A stretch of DNA of 32,000 nucleotides from Candidatus Bathyarchaeota archaeon (lineage in GTDB: Archaea > Thermoproteota > Bathyarchaeia > 40CM-2-53-6): assembly GCA_963833125.1 (NCBI GenBank), contig CAWHWX010000028.1, positions 32,615 through 64,614 on the forward strand. The letters run 5' to 3'. Within the stretch, counting starts at the first letter, position 1. Each line of letters starts with the position of its first letter. Made by a program: the position numbers and the translations under genes. Of the stretch, positions 28,621-32,000 are shown one piece after another. Below the pieces are notes generated by a model. The model saw nothing but the letters and a program-made list of their open reading frames with translations. It ran no database searches and was not told the DNA's origin.

Positions 28621-29771
28621 ATGAAATCGCAGATCAAGCTGGGAACGGTGTTCGGAGTTGAACTCGGGCTTCACTACAGCTGGTTAGTAATAGCGCTGCT
28701 GATCATTTTTTCGCCGGTCGCACAATTCCATGCCGTGAATCGCGATTGGAGTGATGCTTTGGTGTGGAGCACAGCCATCATCACGGGCTTGCTGTTCTTT
28801 GCCTGCTTGTTCGCGCACGAGTTATCTCACGCCGTCGTCGCCAAGGCCCGCGGAATTCCAGTCCACAAAATTACTCTGTTCTTGCTTGGGGGCGTCGCCC
28901 AAATCGAGGAAGAAGCATCCGACCCGAAGACGGAATTCTGGATGGCCATTGTCGGGCCCATCACCAGCGGACTTCTTGGGCTGGCCATGTTCGGTTTAGC
29001 CAGGCTTTCTGGCTGGACTCTGTGGGCTTCGCCGACAACACCTGGGACAGCACTGCTGGTGTGGCTGGGCTACATCAATCTTGCCCTGGGCGCGTTCAAC
29101 ATGATTCCAGGCTTTCCGCTCGATGGTGGTCGCGTGCTGCACGCTATTCTGTGGTGGGCGATGGAGGACGCTGAGCCGCAACGCGGGCAGCGGCATTCGT
29201 GGGGCAGGTCATCGCCGTTTTATTTATTACCTTTGGAATTTTCCGGTTCTTTCAGGGAGCAGGCCTGGGGGGACTCTGGATTGCCTTTATTGGTTCCTTT
29301 TGCAAGCAGCTGGCGCCACGCTCATACAGGTCCAAACGGGCACACTTCTCCGCGGCCTGCACGTTAAAGATGTGATGTCGACAGACAGTTATGCGGTGGA
29401 TCCCGAGCTTTCAGTACAGGAGTTCGTTAACGAGCACTTGCTTCGTACCGGCCGACGCTGCTTCCTGGTGGTCCAGGATGGGCGTCTGCTCGGTCTGATC
29501 ACACCCAACGAAGTGCGCACGGTCGAGCAGCGAGCATGGCCGCTCACAGCCGTCCGTACCGTAATGCGTTCAGCGGATAAGGTCCATTTTGTTTCTCGTG
29601 ACATGCCCGCGATGGAGGCGCTGGAGATCATGGGACGCGAAGACGTCAATCAGTCTGTCCGACATTATCGGCGGCTGAGTTGAAGGTATTGTGTCCCGTG
29701 CTCATGTGTTGCAGGTACTGCGATCACGTGCGGAACTGAAGATGCCCCCGAGTCTGCCCCGAGCCGCATGA
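28621..29771 (+). pseudogene. Site-2 (M50) metalloprotease with C-terminal CBS pair, multiple frameshifts
   Basis: It has HELSH and [20 protein letters not shown] in the first frame. [40 protein letters not shown] follows in a second frame (shift near 29172). [11 protein letters not shown]...[51 protein letters not shown] follows in a third frame (shift near 29300). A further break near 29650-29680 precedes GIVSRAHVLQVLRSRAELKM. Confidence 0.8.
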
Positions 29772-29931
29772 GAATGCGGTCGTCTTCGATAAAGCAATTG
29801 CAGCACCGCACTCCGACTCTGAGCGAACACTTCTCAGGTAAGCTGGCTAACAAGTGACTGGTATCACTGCTAGCCGATCCCTCCGCGGGCATACTTAATG
29901 TGGGCACCGTGCCCATTGAGGAGGAACTCCA

Positions 29932-30107
29932 ATGACCGCCAGGTCAAAATCTTGGAAACCTCGCTCACCCAAGCCTGATTTCGAGGGACATCGGAAGTCA
30001 TCCGTCAACGCGCCTATGAGTTATACCAGCACCGCGGCAGGGTTGACGGATTCGCCTTAGACGACAGGTTGTCCAAGCGGAGACCGGAGATACTGTCTTT
30101 GATTTAA
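29932..30107 (+). pseudogene. DUF2934-like small protein, frameshifted
   Basis: GGAGGA plus ATG 29932 opens one frame. The DUF2934 signature SEVIRQRAYELYQHRGRVDGFALDD lies in another frame that has no start codon (that frame opens at 29979). The expected WLQAE motif appears scrambled by compensating small insertions. Confidence 0.5.
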
Positions 30108-30362
30108 TTCCGGATCCCCCACGATCATGGAAGCAAAGATGCGTCCAATGGCTTGCTAAAAGCGCGTGGGAAAAGTGAGGGCCTCACAATCCGATAGCGA
30201 AACGAGTCTGCGAGGGAAATATCGCCTCGGAGGAAACCGGAACCACCCTTTCGTATGCACAGCCGATATTGGTAGAACCGAGGATGGCAGAGCATTTTCG
30301 TATGCATTTTTCATTACCAGACACTAGTCGCTACGGACCGGGGGCATCCCCACACCATAAGT

Positions 30363-30875
30363 TTGAAACTGCGGGACATGAACCAACTCTTCAATTCAAT
30401 GGACCCTTCTCCGTTCATTGAAAAGGATCTCGACGACGACGCAGAAGAATTCATCGTGAGCTGGGCCCAAGAATTCTCCCCTAAAGCTCCGATCAAATTG
30501 CGCATCTACTTGGACCAGTGGCCGGCCGAAGACCCCAAAGAACTGATCAGGACGGCCGTCCACAATCACTTTGCTCACCGTGCCAAAATCACTGACCTGG
30601 AGTTCAAGCGCCTCCTAAGGCAAGGCCGCACCAGTCTTTTCATCGGGCTGCTGTTCTTGGCTGCATGTCTAATTCTCAGCAAGATCTTGTTGGGTCATGA
30701 GGCGGGCACTTGGGCTGCCATCGTGCGGGAGAGCCTCACGATTGCCGGATGGGTCGCCATGTGGCGACCCATGCAGATCTATCTTTACGATTGGTGGCCT
30801 CTGCTGCGACGGAGCCGGATTTATGCCAAGCTGAGCCACATGCCCGTGGAACTCGTCCAAAAAGGCAAGAGTTGA
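30363..30875 (+). CDS. Hypothetical membrane protein (acidic N-terminal domain plus 2 predicted TM helices)
   Basis: LRDMNQLFNSMDPSPFIEKDLDDDAEEFIVSWAQEF is followed by the hydrophobic segments SLFIGLLFLAACLILSKILL and LTIAGWVAMWRPMQIYLY. I recall this N-terminal motif from uncharacterised proteins, without a name. The start is TTG 30363 or ATG 30378. Confidence 0.6.
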   Translation: MKLRDMNQLFNSMDPSPFIEKDLDDDAEEFIVSWAQEFSPKAPIKLRIYLDQWPAEDPKELIRTAVHNHFAHRAKITDLEFKRLLRQGRTSLFIGLLFLAACLILSKILLGHEAGTWAAIVRESLTIAGWVAMWRPMQIYLYDWWPLLRRSRIYAKLSHMPVELVQKGKS

Positions 30876-30964
30876 GAAGTCTCTCTGTGCGAGGCTTGGG
30901 CGGGCGTTGCATCTGTGCCCAAACTTTGTGAAGTCTCATCATTAGAACGCGAACGGCAGGCGGT

Positions 30965-31672
30965 TTGATGCCTACAACGTGCCCGACATCCACGGAGGAT
31001 ACCAATGTCTGTTGTGGGCAGGCTGAACCAATTCGACGCATTTCTCCGTGGCCAAAAGGGCGGGCAATCTACGTCGCCTGCCAAGTGAAAGCTGCCCGCA
31101 AGAATGGCCAACAGGGCGGGCGTAAAAGAAACAGAACCTTGGGTGAAACCTTGCTTCGCCGAAAATTAAATCCGACAGATGGGAAGGCAATTGACGAAGC
31201 GTATATGCAACTAACCATGAGGGAGCAGGAAAAATTCAGAAAGTACTTCGGGCTACCGAACAACCCACATCTTGACGCAAGTGATTTTGCTTCACCCACA
31301 CGCAAGCCCGCACCGGAAATGCAACACATATTTAGAAAGTTTCGTCTTGTGGCGCGGCATCTCCTTCTACGGTCTCCCGCGCCCCGGCCACGGAAACCCT
31401 ATGTAATTGGTATGAGCAACGCTCGTCCCAAGAGCAGGAGTGTTGGGAACGGCAGCATCCAACCGTGCCATGCCCTCCCCGGAAGAAACGAATTTACTTT
31501 AAGGAAACCATCCTGCTACAGATTCTTGGACTTGCTACTCTCCAAGAATCCTAACCGCTCGTTCACGTTGGAAGATGTTAAGGCGAATGACGTTGGGCAC
31601 TTCTCAGACAAAGTATATGAGGCAGTGCTCGACGAGCTTAGATTCAAGTACCCACTTCCGCAAGCGCCGTAA
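30965..31672 (+). CDS. Orphan basic hypothetical protein (235 aa) in a stretch where sampled lines have lower GC
   Basis: This is the longest ORF in the region. It is K/R-rich and I recognise no motif. The true start may be internal. Confidence 0.35.
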   Translation: MMPTTCPTSTEDTNVCCGQAEPIRRISPWPKGRAIYVACQVKAARKNGQQGGRKRNRTLGETLLRRKLNPTDGKAIDEAYMQLTMREQEKFRKYFGLPNNPHLDASDFASPTRKPAPEMQHIFRKFRLVARHLLLRSPAPRPRKPYVIGMSNARPKSRSVGNGSIQPCHALPGRNEFTLRKPSCYRFLDLLLSKNPNRSFTLEDVKANDVGHFSDKVYEAVLDELRFKYPLPQAP

Positions 31673-31921
31673 CACACACCTGCCAATCCGAAGCCGATAA
31701 GCTTCCGGGCCACAAAAACCGTTTCCTGAATCCACCAAAATTTGAGTTCCTGCAAAGGAAACGCGGGGCGCACGCGCCATATCGCGGGAATGCAGCGCCC
31801 CACGGCCCGAACCCTCTTTTAGGGAGCGTTCGGATTGGATACCCCGGAGTTGCAATCAAGCACGCTGCAATCTACTCTCGTTCCAGCAACGGTAACGATA
31901 AGGCGGAAACGAGGACCATCG

Positions 31922-32000
31922 TTGAGCCGCCGAACAGGACAAAGTGGTAGCGTGTTGCAACAAAACCAAACCGCGTGGAATCCAGTTGCCCCAGCCTATG
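31922..32000 (+). CDS. Possible 5' end of a second tyrosine integrase (runs off window)
   Basis: TTG 31922 opens MSRRTGQSGSVLQQNQTAWNPVAPAY. The RRxGQxGS opening resembles N-termini of some phage or ICE integrases as I recall them. Only 26 codons are visible. Confidence 0.3.
   Translation, partial: MSRRTGQSGSVLQQNQTAWNPVAPAY

Overview
About 57-60% GC chromosomal DNA. The gene content (Oar-like TonB-dependent receptor, CRTAC1/ASPIC-UnbV, GldG/DUF4340 ABC system, CBM9-like protein) suggests an Acidobacteriota (Terriglobia-like) genome; this is inference, no search was run. Intact genes, left to right: an edge-truncated APC permease (missing from the ORF track), tRNA-Pro(CGG), an SDR, a CBM9-like protein, two hypotheticals, tatA, divergent galK/galT, a four-gene ABC-2/GldG/DUF4340 operon, a PilZ/coiled-coil protein, a LacI regulator, tRNA-Val(GAC), a family III CoA-transferase and an IclR regulator. 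The most unusual property is how gene damage is distributed. A complete RND-MFP-OMF efflux operon (6.6-12.5 kb) survives only as a fossil, with at least 20 indel frame changes and at least 4 in-frame TAG codons. An M50/CBS protease, a DUF2934 gene and the ABC ATPase are also frameshifted. Four further genes (CRTAC1, TonB receptor, larB, integrase) are cut by truncation or large internal deletions. Meanwhile about 15 kb of neighbouring ORFs carry no lesion. The right end (27.6-32 kb) looks like a decayed integrative-element zone: an integrase remnant, sampled lines with lower GC, orphan ORFs and a second integrase-like start at the window edge. I found no CRISPR array, transposase, reverse transcriptase or recognisable defence system, and I cannot point to a clearly novel multi-gene system. 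All calls rest on hand translation and remembered family motifs.
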